DNA of 20,030 bases from the IMG/VR virus record IMGVR_UViG_3300009520_000051, one strand, 5' to 3'. The notes under the pieces were generated by a model. The model was not told the origin of the DNA. It did not search any database and saw nothing but the letters and a program-made list of their open reading frames with translations. Numbering within the stretch: the stretch's first letter is position 1; every line of letters begins with the position of its first letter. Made by a program: the position numbers and the translations under genes. Shown in pieces: positions 7,067 through 14,924 of the stretch. Origin of the DNA: a virus.

Positions 7067-7396
7067 TTACGGGCAGACCGCCTGGTCGTAGCCCTCGTCC
7101 TTGCACTCATGATGCAGAAGGTGGTCTTCGCACTTCTCGCCGGTCTTCATGAACATGACCTCGCAGACTTCGTTCCCGACGCGCACATACCTCTTCGCGG
7201 GTTTGGGCGGGTTCACGATGACGAGGACGACCACGACCCAGATCGGCGATAGGACGATCAGGAGCTGCATCCAGTACGGCATCCAGCGTGGAAAGGCGTC
7301 AGGATCGGGCCGATGGCAGAGGCACGTCTGCTTGCAAGGACAGTTTCGTTCCCTCTCTTCTCCGCGCTCTCGTGCGCGTCTCAGCATACCGAGCAT
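7067..7396 (-). CDS. Cys-rich membrane protein, 109 aa, with one TM segment (WMQLLIVLSPIWVVVVLVIVNP)
   Basis: Strong SD GGGGGAGG 4 nt upstream of the ATG. Hydrophobic helix plus multiple Cys. Confidence 0.55.
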   Translation of the reverse strand: MLGMLRRARERGEERERNCPCKQTCLCHRPDPDAFPRWMPYWMQLLIVLSPIWVVVVLVIVNPPKPAKRYVRVGNEVCEVMFMKTGEKCEDHLLHHECKDEGYDQAVCP

Positions 7397-7411
7397 CAGA
7401 CCTCCCCCATC

Positions 7412-7765
7412 TCAATAGGCCCGCTGCCACTCGCGCAGGTAGCAGCTCGCCTCGGGCGCCGACAGCGCGCTGTCCGTGAGCGGCGTGATGCGGACCACGA
7501 GGCCGCCGTCTTGATTTTTGACGTCCATCACGAAGTTCATCGCAGCGCTCGTGCGACCGTCCTGGAACTTGATCCAACCCGTCCAAGCGTGGTGCCCACG
7601 ACCCCGAGCGTAGGTCATGGAGGAAAACTTGGCGTCCGGGTGGAAGCACTGGAGGAGGCGGGGCCCGAAACCCTCCGCGTCGTCGGCGTGGACGGACGCC
7701 GGCAGCGCGACAACGGCCGCCGCAAGGAGGAAGGAGACCAGGAACTTTTTGCCGGTGTTCGTCAT
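7412..7765 (-). CDS. Secreted hypothetical protein, 117 aa, with N-terminal signal peptide (MTNTGKKFLVSFLLAAAVVALPASVHA)
   Basis: Signal-peptide-like N-terminus. ATG abuts the stop of the RHH gene. Confidence 0.55.
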   Translation of the reverse strand: MTNTGKKFLVSFLLAAAVVALPASVHADDAEGFGPRLLQCFHPDAKFSSMTYARGRGHHAWTGWIKFQDGRTSAAMNFVMDVKNQDGGLVVRITPLTDSALSAPEASCYLREWQRAY

Positions 7766-7990
7766 TTAGCTTTTGTAGCTACGTTGTAGCCCGCCGTCAA
7801 GACCGTCAAGACTCACTTTCAACCGCATCGCGTGACGGATCCACTCCGAGACCGTAGTGAAATTAGCTTTCTGTGCCGCGCACTGCCACTTCTCCCACTC
7901 GTCCTCCGAGACGCGGACCCTCACGGTGTGATCGAGGTTCGCTCTCCCGCTCTTGGGCTCGCTCTTGGGCTCTTTAGCCTTCTTCCGCAT
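7766..7990 (-). CDS. Ribbon-helix-helix (CopG/MobC-like) DNA-binding protein, 74 aa; an alternative start at 8053 is possible
   Basis: HTVRVRVSEDEWEKWQCAAQKANFTTVSEWIRHAMRL fits a beta-strand then helix, loop, helix RHH pattern. GC3 is about 75%, against about 55% for the antisense ORF 7832..8077. Confidence 0.55.
   Translation of the reverse strand: MRKKAKEPKSEPKSGRANLDHTVRVRVSEDEWEKWQCAAQKANFTTVSEWIRHAMRLKVSLDGLDGGLQRSYKS
7771..7790 (+). repeat. 20-bp element copy 1: TTTTGTAGCTACGTTGTAGC (contains palindrome GTAGCTAC)
   Basis: Exact match to the copy at 8070..8089. It encodes the C-terminal LQRSYKS* of the RHH gene. Confidence 0.8.
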
Positions 7991-7993
7991 GCG

Positions 7994-8013
7994 CCACAAC
8001 GTAGCCACAAAAA
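7994..8013 (-). repeat. 20-bp element copy 3 (inverted, 17-18/20): TTTTTGTGGCTACGTTGTGG on the minus strand, 3 nt upstream of the RHH ATG
   Basis: Read directly: the plus strand is CCACAACGTAGCCACAAAAA. Confidence 0.6.
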
Positions 8014-8069
8014 TACCGCCCCGCAAGACCCGGCTCGAGATAATTGCCCGCACCCCTGGCGCCCTCAGA

Positions 8070-8089
8070 TTTTGTAGCTACGTTGTAGC
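8070..8089 (+). repeat. 20-bp element copy 2: TTTTGTAGCTACGTTGTAGC, in the divergent intergenic region
   Basis: Exact 20/20 match to 7771..7790. It is followed by the palindrome GACCGCAAAGCGGTC at 8096..8110. Confidence 0.8.
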
Positions 8090-8126
8090 TCGACAGACCG
8101 CAAAGCGGTCAGGAAAGACGGAAAAC

Positions 8127-8405
8127 ATGATCATCCAGAAAGCATTCCTCGCCCTCGCCATGGTGGCAGGCGTCTCGGCAGTCACGCTCACCCCCGCCGT
8201 CGCGGAGGCTCGAGGCGGCCATGGCGGTGGCCACTTCAGTGGCGACCATTCCAGCAGCGCCCATTACGGCGCAGGTCACTCTTACGGCGGGCACTACGGC
8301 TATCGCACTCCCTACGGCTACGGCTACCGTCCGTACTTCAGCGGCTGCGCGTACGTGACGGCGTGGGGTCAGTGCGTCCGGCCAGGCTACCGATACGGCT
8401 GGTAA
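8127..8405 (+). CDS. Secreted Gly/Tyr/His-rich small protein, 92 aa: signal peptide MIIQKAFLALAMVAGVSAVTLTPAVAEA then GHGGGHFSGDHSSSAHYGAGHSYGGHYGYRTPYGYGYRPYFSGCAYVTAWGQCVRPGYRYGW
   Basis: Internal ATG of track ORF 7953..8405 with a purine-rich SD (GGAAAGACGGAAAAC). High GC3. Divergent from the RHH gene. Confidence 0.55.
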   Translation: MIIQKAFLALAMVAGVSAVTLTPAVAEARGGHGGGHFSGDHSSSAHYGAGHSYGGHYGYRTPYGYGYRPYFSGCAYVTAWGQCVRPGYRYGW

Positions 8406-8490
8406 ATCGACGTCGATCCCAAAGAAAAAACGCAACAACCGGTGCTCGCCACCCCCTGTTAAGAGTAGAGGCTCTGACGGATAGCTCCGC

Positions 8491-8895
8491 TCATCCCGAT
8501 TCCTTCTCCGTAACCAACGGCAACTCGATATTTTTCCGGCGCTCGATCTCGAGGAGGATGGCAGCGTGGGCTCGCACCCAGTCACCCTTGCGCATCAGCC
8601 TGCAACTCATGAAGATTGGGTAACCGTTGACCGAGCGCGGCCCCTGCGCGTCGAGGTACTCGTAGACGACCCCGATGTCCGCGATGTCCTCGGGCGTGTA
8701 GCCGTCGAGCGCGCCAAACGCGAGGGGCATGAAGATCGTCTTCATCATGTCGAGGTCACTCGCGGGTAAATGGTTCGACGTGAAGATCTGCCCGCTCGCG
8801 AAGTCGTCCACGAACTTGCGCAGCTCGTCGTCCGTGAGGCGCACGAGCTTGTGGTCGCCCGGCTTCACCTGCTCTTTGGTCTCGCTCGCGCTCAC
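8491..8895 (-). CDS. Hypothetical protein, 134 aa; last gene of array A
   Basis: ATG at 8895 overlaps the upstream stop (ATGA). Convergent with 8127..8405. Confidence 0.55.
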   Translation of the reverse strand: MSASETKEQVKPGDHKLVRLTDDELRKFVDDFASGQIFTSNHLPASDLDMMKTIFMPLAFGALDGYTPEDIADIGVVYEYLDAQGPRSVNGYPIFMSCRLMRKGDWVRAHAAILLEIERRKNIELPLVTEKESG

Positions 8896-9383
8896 GGCGA
8901 CGCCTGAAGAATGGGTGGCGTCAAAGGGCTCGTCGACAACGCTTCGAAGGCGTCAAGACGAACACAGCCTTCGTCATCATCCAGATCCCCGACGTACCAT
9001 TCGCACGAACGGTGGGAGAAGATGGCGATGATCGGCGTGCCTTTGTACCGGATCCAGTAATATCCCTCCGGCCGGAGGGTCCGCTTCGCTTGCAGCTCGA
9101 CCTCCCACTCCCGCTGCCTCTCCGCGTGGTCGGTTCGGGACTTCGCCTCCATGGCGATCTGCTCATCGCAGTCCTTGGACTCCACCACGCGCACGGCCCC
9201 GTGAGGGCCGTAGCAAGCCTTCGACCTCAGCGGCGAGTCCTTCAAAAGCTCGACCTGCTTTCCCATCCCGCACTTGCCGATGCACTTGTACGTTTGGGTG
9301 GGCTCAGTGCCCGGCATGTTTCCGTTGATCGTGTTCGTCGGCACCCAGTTGTCGGGGTTCGTGTGATCGACATTTTCGCTCAT
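8892..9383 (-). CDS. Hypothetical Cys-containing protein, 163 aa (CIGKCGMGK...)
   Basis: Internal ATG at 9383 forms an ATGA overlap. Upstream part of the track ORF is Arg-rich noise. Confidence 0.5.
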   Translation of the reverse strand: MSENVDHTNPDNWVPTNTINGNMPGTEPTQTYKCIGKCGMGKQVELLKDSPLRSKACYGPHGAVRVVESKDCDEQIAMEAKSRTDHAERQREWEVELQAKRTLRPEGYYWIRYKGTPIIAIFSHRSCEWYVGDLDDDEGCVRLDAFEALSTSPLTPPILQASP

Positions 9384-10147
9384 GGAGAAGTAGCCCCTGA
9401 GGCGACAGTCGACCAACACCCATAGCTCGCGCACCCGACGAGCGGGCAGAGCGCGCCATGCATCTTCGGCACAAGCTCGGGCTCCGTGACGAAGCAGGCG
9501 GCGAGCTTGCACGCGATGCCGAACGTGTTGCCCGAGTGTTCCTTGTAGAGCAGGCCGACCACGCGCTTCTGCTGCTCCTCGTACGACGACCGTGCGAACG
9601 TGGCGATGGCGTCGCCGTCCTCCAGCGCCGCCGCGATTTTGATAGCCTCCTCGCAGCAGAAAAGCTCGTACGGGCCGAAGTTCCAGCCCCACTCGGGCTG
9701 CCGCATGAAGAACTCAAAGCGTGCACGGAATTGCTCCGGCATGGCCGTGATCCGCTTCGCGGTCTCCTCGGCTTTCGTGGCCCACTCGGCTTGTTTCTTC
9801 TCGTTATCCGTCTCCACGGACAAGAGGTGCGCGGCTTGCTCCTCCTCGGCGGTCTGGTAGCGGTAAAGTCCGGCAAGCCTGACACGATCCATCGAGCGCG
9901 CCGGCAATATCGGCGTTCGCTCGACTAGCCCGATGCCGCGCACGACGTACCCGAAGCCGCGACCGAATAGGCGCAGCGTGTCGCCGGGCTCGGGTAGGCG
10001 CAGGCCGTACTCGCTGCGCACAACGAGGGAGCTTCCCTCGACGAAGTCCACAATACAGCCGTCGTCCGATTCCCTCACGGACTTCACGACCCAGTCTTTG
10101 TGCTCAGCGTCGCGCGCCGCGACGTCCATCTTGTCTTGCAGATTCAT
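9380..10147 (-). CDS. Hypothetical protein, 255 aa
   Basis: Long ORF with ordinary composition; 4-nt gap to the upstream gene. Confidence 0.55.
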   Translation of the reverse strand: MNLQDKMDVAARDAEHKDWVVKSVRESDDGCIVDFVEGSSLVVRSEYGLRLPEPGDTLRLFGRGFGYVVRGIGLVERTPILPARSMDRVRLAGLYRYQTAEEEQAAHLLSVETDNEKKQAEWATKAEETAKRITAMPEQFRARFEFFMRQPEWGWNFGPYELFCCEEAIKIAAALEDGDAIATFARSSYEEQQKRVVGLLYKEHSGNTFGIACKLAACFVTEPELVPKMHGALCPLVGCASYGCWSTVASGATSP

Positions 10148-10151
10148 CCGA

Positions 10152-10595
10152 TCAATTCTTTTTCTTGCGCTCGTACGCGGCCGAACGCTGCTGGATTTCG
10201 GAGAGCTTCTTCTCCGCCGACATGGCCCTCGCCAAAAGGCTCCTGAACTGGGTCCTCATGAAATCGTCGGCGTTTGTTGTCGCGCGCGCTCCGACTCCAC
10301 GGATCACGACGAGACCGCGGCCATGGTGATCGAAGAGCGCGCGGCGGATCGCGGAGGCCTGGTTGTGGACGGCAAGCTCGAGAGCGCTACCGGGATTAGG
10401 AGCCCGTTCCAGGCTGAGAGTGTGTTTGGCGATCAGACTCCACTGGACGACGTGCAGCGGCAACTTCCGTGCAGCGAAATCGAGCAACGCGGCGGCGCGA
10501 GCCGCGCGACTCCTCCCGCCACGACGTTCCTTCGCTGAGTCAGGGAAAGTGAACCCCGCGAGCGTAGCTTCGAACTTTTGCTGGAACGACGGCAT
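10152..10595 (-). CDS. Hypothetical protein, 147 aa
   Basis: Track ORF; 3-nt gap to the upstream gene. Confidence 0.5.
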   Translation of the reverse strand: MPSFQQKFEATLAGFTFPDSAKERRGGRSRAARAAALLDFAARKLPLHVVQWSLIAKHTLSLERAPNPGSALELAVHNQASAIRRALFDHHGRGLVVIRGVGARATTNADDFMRTQFRSLLARAMSAEKKLSEIQQRSAAYERKKKN

Positions 10596-10598
10596 GAA

Positions 10599-10841
10599 CT
10601 AAGTCTTCTCGGCCGGATGCCGCTCGCGTCCGCACCTGCGGCACTTGAAGTCCGAGACGACGGGCGTTCCTCCGATGGTCTGGGGAAGCGGAGGAAGCAT
10701 CCCGGCGTGACCGGCATGCACGTAGTCGTGGCCCCACGTTTTGCAGCACAGCTCCGCTTGCTGCTGCACGTGCTCAGCACTCGCTGGCTGGTCGGACATG
10801 AGATGGGTCAAGAAAAGCTTCTCGCGAAAATCCGTCGTCAT
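10599..10841 (-). CDS. Cys/His-rich small protein, 80 aa (CCKTWGHDYVHAGHAG...FKCRRCGRERH)
   Basis: Internal ATG preceded by a GGAGAGG SD. Possible zinc finger. Confidence 0.45.
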   Translation of the reverse strand: MTTDFREKLFLTHLMSDQPASAEHVQQQAELCCKTWGHDYVHAGHAGMLPPLPQTIGGTPVVSDFKCRRCGRERHPAEKT

Positions 10842-10934
10842 GATGAGCACCTCTCCACAAGTTCCAAGTCCCAAGCGATGGGAGGCTCACGCCTCTGGCG
10901 CTCGGCACGCCTATCGAGTTCAACCCGATGATCC

Positions 10935-11255
10935 TCATCCCGACCTTCCTAACCGATCGAGATTCACAAGGAGCCAGGAGCGCTCCCCTTCATCCATGAA
11001 CCACGGAAACGCTTTCGCCTTGGACCCGGTCTTAGTCATCGCCATGTCGAGACCATCGCCCCATACGAGGAGCTGCGGGCGACCGGTCGCGTCGTTCTCC
11101 GTCCGACACCACCAACGATCGCCTTCGTCACTCGTGTACATCGACTGGAATTCCTCAGGATTACTCGGGACTTCTCCTTTTTTGTATTCCCAATCCCTGA
11201 GTATGGCCTTCTTCACCTTCGCGAACACAGACGGTACGGGCGCCTTCGCCTTCAC
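10935..11255 (-). CDS. Hypothetical protein, 106 aa
   Basis: ATGA overlap with the upstream gene. Confidence 0.5.
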   Translation of the reverse strand: MKAKAPVPSVFAKVKKAILRDWEYKKGEVPSNPEEFQSMYTSDEGDRWWCRTENDATGRPQLLVWGDGLDMAMTKTGSKAKAFPWFMDEGERSWLLVNLDRLGRSG

Positions 11256-11572
11256 AGTGACCCCGTCGCGAGCATGTTGATGCGCTTGCAGAAGAGGAGC
11301 GCCTCGGCCTCATTGCCGAACCCGATCTCCTCGCCGTCCACGTCGGCCTTCGAGAAGACCGCGGGCCCGACGATGCACTCACCGTCGAGCACGAAGTTGA
11401 GCGGCAGCTCCTTCGAGAGGCCATCGTCGTCCACGTAGCCGTGGACGTCCGGCGTGAGCTTGATCCCGCAGAGGTACCCGCCGTCGAGGAGGTGCTGGAG
11501 CGACTCGAGCGAGTTCTCGATCGTGACGACCTCCGCGGGGAGCGCGGGCCTCTTGTGAACGACCCGGATCAT
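11252..11572 (-). CDS. Hypothetical protein, 106 aa
   Basis: ATGA overlap with the upstream gene. Confidence 0.5.
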   Translation of the reverse strand: MIRVVHKRPALPAEVVTIENSLESLQHLLDGGYLCGIKLTPDVHGYVDDDGLSKELPLNFVLDGECIVGPAVFSKADVDGEEIGFGNEAEALLFCKRINMLATGSL

Positions 11573-11958
11573 CGGGTTTCAGGCTCCCCGATCGCCGCGC
11601 AACCTGCAGGCGTGAGCTTGTACGACCACCGGTACTGCGCCGTCTTTCGCCCCGCCGACATCGAGTACATCTCCCATCGACGTTCGAGGAGACCGAGCCG
11701 GCCCATCTCGAAGGCGAAGTTCTCCTGCGACGCTGTCTTCGGGAACTCGTGCTCGTGCGAGAAGAGCCGAAGCCGCCGGAGGTCGGATTTCGTCAGCTCC
11801 ATCTTCTTCGTGCTCGTCGCCACCGTCATCACGCCGCCGCCTCCATTCTTGACATACTTTCGTACCGTCACCTTGCCGTCAATAGGTAACGCATCACCGC
11901 TTCTCTGGTCGAACTCTCGCACTCTGGCTTCCGTGATTTCTTTCGGTTCATCGCTCAT
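11569..11958 (-). CDS. Hypothetical protein, 129 aa (MSDEPKEITEARVREFDQRSG...)
   Basis: Internal ATG with a GGAGAGGA SD upstream. The upstream portion of the track ORF is Arg/Ala-rich noise. Confidence 0.5.
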   Translation of the reverse strand: MSDEPKEITEARVREFDQRSGDALPIDGKVTVRKYVKNGGGGVMTVATSTKKMELTKSDLRRLRLFSHEHEFPKTASQENFAFEMGRLGLLERRWEMYSMSAGRKTAQYRWSYKLTPAGCAAIGEPETR

Positions 11959-11981
11959 GATCGCGATCCTCTCCTGGACGC

Positions 11982-12305
11982 TCACCAAATGCCGGGTGCT
12001 CTCAAGCAATGCTCGAAGTGATCGATCGCGATGGACAGCTCGCACTTGTCGTCGTGGAGATCCTGCCGCTGCTTGTCCTTGGGGGGCTTGTCGGGACTCC
12101 ACTTGGGCGGGCTCCCGCAGACGGGGCACGCGCCCTGCCCCGCGAACATCTCGACGGCTCGCAAAAGCGTGAGCATGCGCGCGTTGCGCCTGGTGCGCAC
12201 CTCCGCCCACCGGGCCTCGGTCTCCTGAATCGCGAGGACAGTTTGGCCGATGCGATCAGCGGAATCTACAAGAGCTTCCAACGCCTTCGCATGAAGATTC
12301 ATCAC
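11982..12305 (-). CDS. Hypothetical protein with CPVC...C...HC motif, 107 aa
   Basis: ATGA overlap with the upstream gene. Possible Zn-binding. Confidence 0.5.
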   Translation of the reverse strand: MMNLHAKALEALVDSADRIGQTVLAIQETEARWAEVRTRRNARMLTLLRAVEMFAGQGACPVCGSPPKWSPDKPPKDKQRQDLHDDKCELSIAIDHFEHCLRAPGIW

Positions 12306-12514
12306 GAACTCGCCGTGTAGCGCCGGTCGAGCGAACCGAGGAACTTGGCGATCTCGCCGAGCAGCTTCGCCTGGGCTTGGGCCGCGTTCGGCGCCCCGGC
12401 GGCATGAAGCTCGTCGCTGATGATGTCCCGCGCGAGGACGAGCAGGCGAATGCTCCTCTTCTGCTGCGCGCCGGTGAACATGACCATCGGGTCATTCTTC
12501 TTCCGCGCCCTCAT
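12302..12514 (-). CDS. Hypothetical small protein, 70 aa
   Basis: Internal ATG at 12514 forms an ATGA overlap. Confidence 0.45.
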   Translation of the reverse strand: MRARKKNDPMVMFTGAQQKRSIRLLVLARDIISDELHAAGAPNAAQAQAKLLGEIAKFLGSLDRRYTASS

Positions 12515-12849
12515 AGCCCGAGCTTCTTTCGACGCTCGAGCCAGTCCTTCTCGAACTCGTCCTTCGCCTTCTCGACGCGCTTCGCCTGCGCCCTCCAGCC
12601 CGTCACCTCCGCCTTGAGCGCCGCGATCGTCTTCTTGTGCTTCTGCGCGATGATCTTCGCAGCTTTCGTCACCGCCGCGCGGAGGATGGGCGCGCACCTG
12701 TCGCACGTGTCGTTGATGCAGTGGAACCCTGGCCGCCGATCGTCAACATCCCAACCGCCGAAATCCTCGCCCGTCGTCTGAAATCCGCCGTTGTTGTCCG
12801 GCGCCGAGCTGATCCGGTTTCCGCATGCCCCGCAATAGACGCCCATCAT
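12511..12849 (-). CDS. Zn-ribbon plus coiled-coil small protein, 112 aa (YCGACGN...CINDTCDRC...)
   Basis: Internal ATG at 12849 forms an ATGA overlap. Two CxxC pairs. Confidence 0.5.
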   Translation of the reverse strand: MMGVYCGACGNRISSAPDNNGGFQTTGEDFGGWDVDDRRPGFHCINDTCDRCAPILRAAVTKAAKIIAQKHKKTIAALKAEVTGWRAQAKRVEKAKDEFEKDWLERRKKLGL

Positions 12850-13205
12850 CCACGCTCTCTTTCCGGCGCAACGAGGTTCTCCCACGCGCCCTCCTTGTAG
12901 ATCGTCGCCTCGACGTCCCACGGACCCGCCGTGTAGCAGCCGCCGGCCACGAAGACCTTCTTGCCCTTGTACTTCACGAGCGCGCCACACGACCCGTTGC
13001 CCTGCGCGTAGGCCGTCGCGTGCATCTTGATGTCGAGGCCGCGACCCTTGTATTTCATCGTGAGCGCCGAGTGCATGGGGCTCGACTCCTTGGCTACGAC
13101 TTCGCCCTTCTGATCGACGAACTTGAGCACGCGGAGCATGAGCGCGTCGAGCGGCTTGGCCTCCTCGTCCCCCTCGTCCTCATCACGCATGCGACTCCTC
13201 GCCAT
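12846..13205 (-). CDS. Hypothetical protein, 119 aa, with acidic N-terminus
   Basis: Track ORF; it overlaps the 3' end of the AAA gene by 23 nt. Confidence 0.5.
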   Translation of the reverse strand: MARSRMRDEDEGDEEAKPLDALMLRVLKFVDQKGEVVAKESSPMHSALTMKYKGRGLDIKMHATAYAQGNGSCGALVKYKGKKVFVAGGCYTAGPWDVEATIYKEGAWENLVAPERERG

Positions 13206-14853
13206 CGCTCGTCTTGAGGTCGAGAAAGTTCGACACGTACTTGAACAGCTCGAGATCGATCTTGTTCTTCTTCGGGTCGCGCTTGTGGAGCATCCGGCCG
13301 AGCTTCAAGAGGTTCTTGACGTTCCTGCCCGAGATCTTCGGGAACTCGGTCACGAGCTGCCGGATCGTCCCGACCGGCATCTCCATCCCGTACTGCTTCG
13401 AGAGGACGCCCCAGATCTCGACGAGCTGGTCTCGCGTCGGCAGCGCGTACCGGATCCACGCGGTCGCGCGGCTCATGATGGCGTCGTCGATCACGGTCGC
13501 CCGGTTCGACGTGAGGAAGAGCACGCCGCGGTAGTGCTCGAGGACGCGGAGGAACACCCCCACGATAGCGTTCTGCTGGATGTCCGAACCGCGCGCGTGC
13601 ACGTAGACGTCCGCCTCGTCGATGAGCAGGATCGCTCGCCAACGCGACGCGCGCGTGAGCACCGTGAGAAGCTCCTTCTCGACCTTGGACTCCTCCGTGC
13701 CGAGCTGCGAACACTGGACGACGTAGAGCGGCTTCTTGATCTCCTCGGCGAACACCTCCGCGGTGAGCGTTTTGCCGGTGCCGGGCGGGCCGGTCGCGAT
13801 CACGATCGTGCCGCCTGTCTTGCCCTTGATGATATCCTCCATCACCTCCGAGGATCCCTCGACGAGGATCGTAATGAGGGATTTCGTCTGCTCGTCGAGC
13901 ACGAGCTTCGAGGCTGCAGTCTTGTCGTACTCGTACGGCGTGAGGTTCCGGACGTGGATGAGCATGAACTCGTGCCGACCGAGGTCGAACACTTTGACAT
14001 AAGGGTGGACGGGCTTGGCAACGTCGCCATCCTCGTCTTCGTCGTCGTCATCGTCGTCGTCGCTCTTGCCACCCTTCTTCCAGAAGGAAGCGTCGGCCGT
14101 GGTCCCATCCTCGCGATTACGGCTACTCGATCGCTCCTCCTCTTCATCACCGTCGTCCATCACGACGGTAGCCGCTTGCCCCTCCCGCTCCATCGCGATC
14201 TCTTGGTAGCTGTAGTAGCTCTCGGGGTAGCCGGTCCCGACCGCCCTGAACTGCGCACCCGTCAGCGGCGCGAGCCTCTTGTAAAGCTCGATGTCCTCCA
14301 TGTACACGGCGACCGCCTCGTCCGTCTCGAGGTGGTAGCCCTTCGCGGCGAGGATCTCGGGCACCGTCTTGCCCAGGTCCGGGACGTGGAACCTGAGCGA
14401 CTCGCCGTCCGAATACCCGCGCGTCACAGCCTCGAACCTCACGGTCACGTTGGCCTGGCTGCCACTCCGCGGATCCGCCTTGTTGTACGCGATGTGCGCG
14501 ACGAAGTACGGCACGGCGAACCCGTCCGACTCATCGTGAAAGAGCCACTTGTTCGGGGAAGGCTCGACGTACGCCCGGAGGGCCGCTGCGAAGGGCTCGA
14601 GCTTGCCGACCTTGTTGCCGCTCGGATCCGCACGGAGCTTCCTGTAAGAGGTGATCTTCCGGCAGAGAGTCTTGCCCGTCCCGTCGTCATTCTCGTCCTT
14701 CGAGGCGCGCGCGTGGACGGCTTCGAGCTGTTCGTCCGTGAATCTCCCGGCGTCGATGTCGATGAACTGGTCCGCGTCGCGGTACGACACCGCCCGCCTG
14801 ATGGCTTCGGTCTTGACGTCCTTCAGGTACCGGACGCGGATGTGCAGGTTCAC
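13183..14853 (-). CDS. AAA+ ATPase, ~556 aa: unknown ~300-aa N-terminal domain, acidic linker (DDDDDDDEDEDGD), C-terminal classical AAA domain. Start likely GTG at 14853, not the track's ATG at 15027.
   Basis: Walker A GPPGTGKTLT, Walker B ILLIDEADVY, sensor-1 LTSNRA. The first 58 codons of the track ORF are Arg-rich and overlap the upstream gene in another frame. Confidence 0.75.
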   Translation of the reverse strand: MNLHIRVRYLKDVKTEAIRRAVSYRDADQFIDIDAGRFTDEQLEAVHARASKDENDDGTGKTLCRKITSYRKLRADPSGNKVGKLEPFAAALRAYVEPSPNKWLFHDESDGFAVPYFVAHIAYNKADPRSGSQANVTVRFEAVTRGYSDGESLRFHVPDLGKTVPEILAAKGYHLETDEAVAVYMEDIELYKRLAPLTGAQFRAVGTGYPESYYSYQEIAMEREGQAATVVMDDGDEEEERSSSRNREDGTTADASFWKKGGKSDDDDDDDEDEDGDVAKPVHPYVKVFDLGRHEFMLIHVRNLTPYEYDKTAASKLVLDEQTKSLITILVEGSSEVMEDIIKGKTGGTIVIATGPPGTGKTLTAEVFAEEIKKPLYVVQCSQLGTEESKVEKELLTVLTRASRWRAILLIDEADVYVHARGSDIQQNAIVGVFLRVLEHYRGVLFLTSNRATVIDDAIMSRATAWIRYALPTRDQLVEIWGVLSKQYGMEMPVGTIRQLVTEFPKISGRNVKNLLKLGRMLHKRDPKKNKIDLELFKYVSNFLDLKTSDGEESHA

Positions 14854-14924
14854 GACGTTCTCTCCCCGATCGCCGCCACGATGACGGAGACGACGAGGAT
14901 CGCCATGTAGACGATCGCGCTCAT
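14850..14924 (-). CDS. 24-aa hydrophobic micro-peptide MSAIVYMAILVVSVIVAAIGERTS (single TM helix)
   Basis: GGAGGA SD 7 nt upstream. Its ATG overlaps the stop of 14924..15205, and its TGA overlaps the GTG that probably starts the AAA gene. GC3 is about 95%. Confidence 0.35.
   Translation of the reverse strand: MSAIVYMAILVVSVIVAAIGERTS

Noticed and set aside
7832-8077. 81-aa plus ORF lying 41 nt after repeat copy 1
   Set aside because: GC3 of about 55% against about 75% for the overlapping RHH frame, with no recognisable fold pattern. The spacing similarity to copy 2 and the peptide gene was noted but judged coincidental.
13123-14910. 595-aa plus-strand ORF
   Set aside because: Antisense to the AAA+ ATPase. 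Arg/Leu/Val/Asp-rich composition with low third-position GC, a typical high-GC antisense artefact. The minus-strand frame carries Walker A/B motifs.
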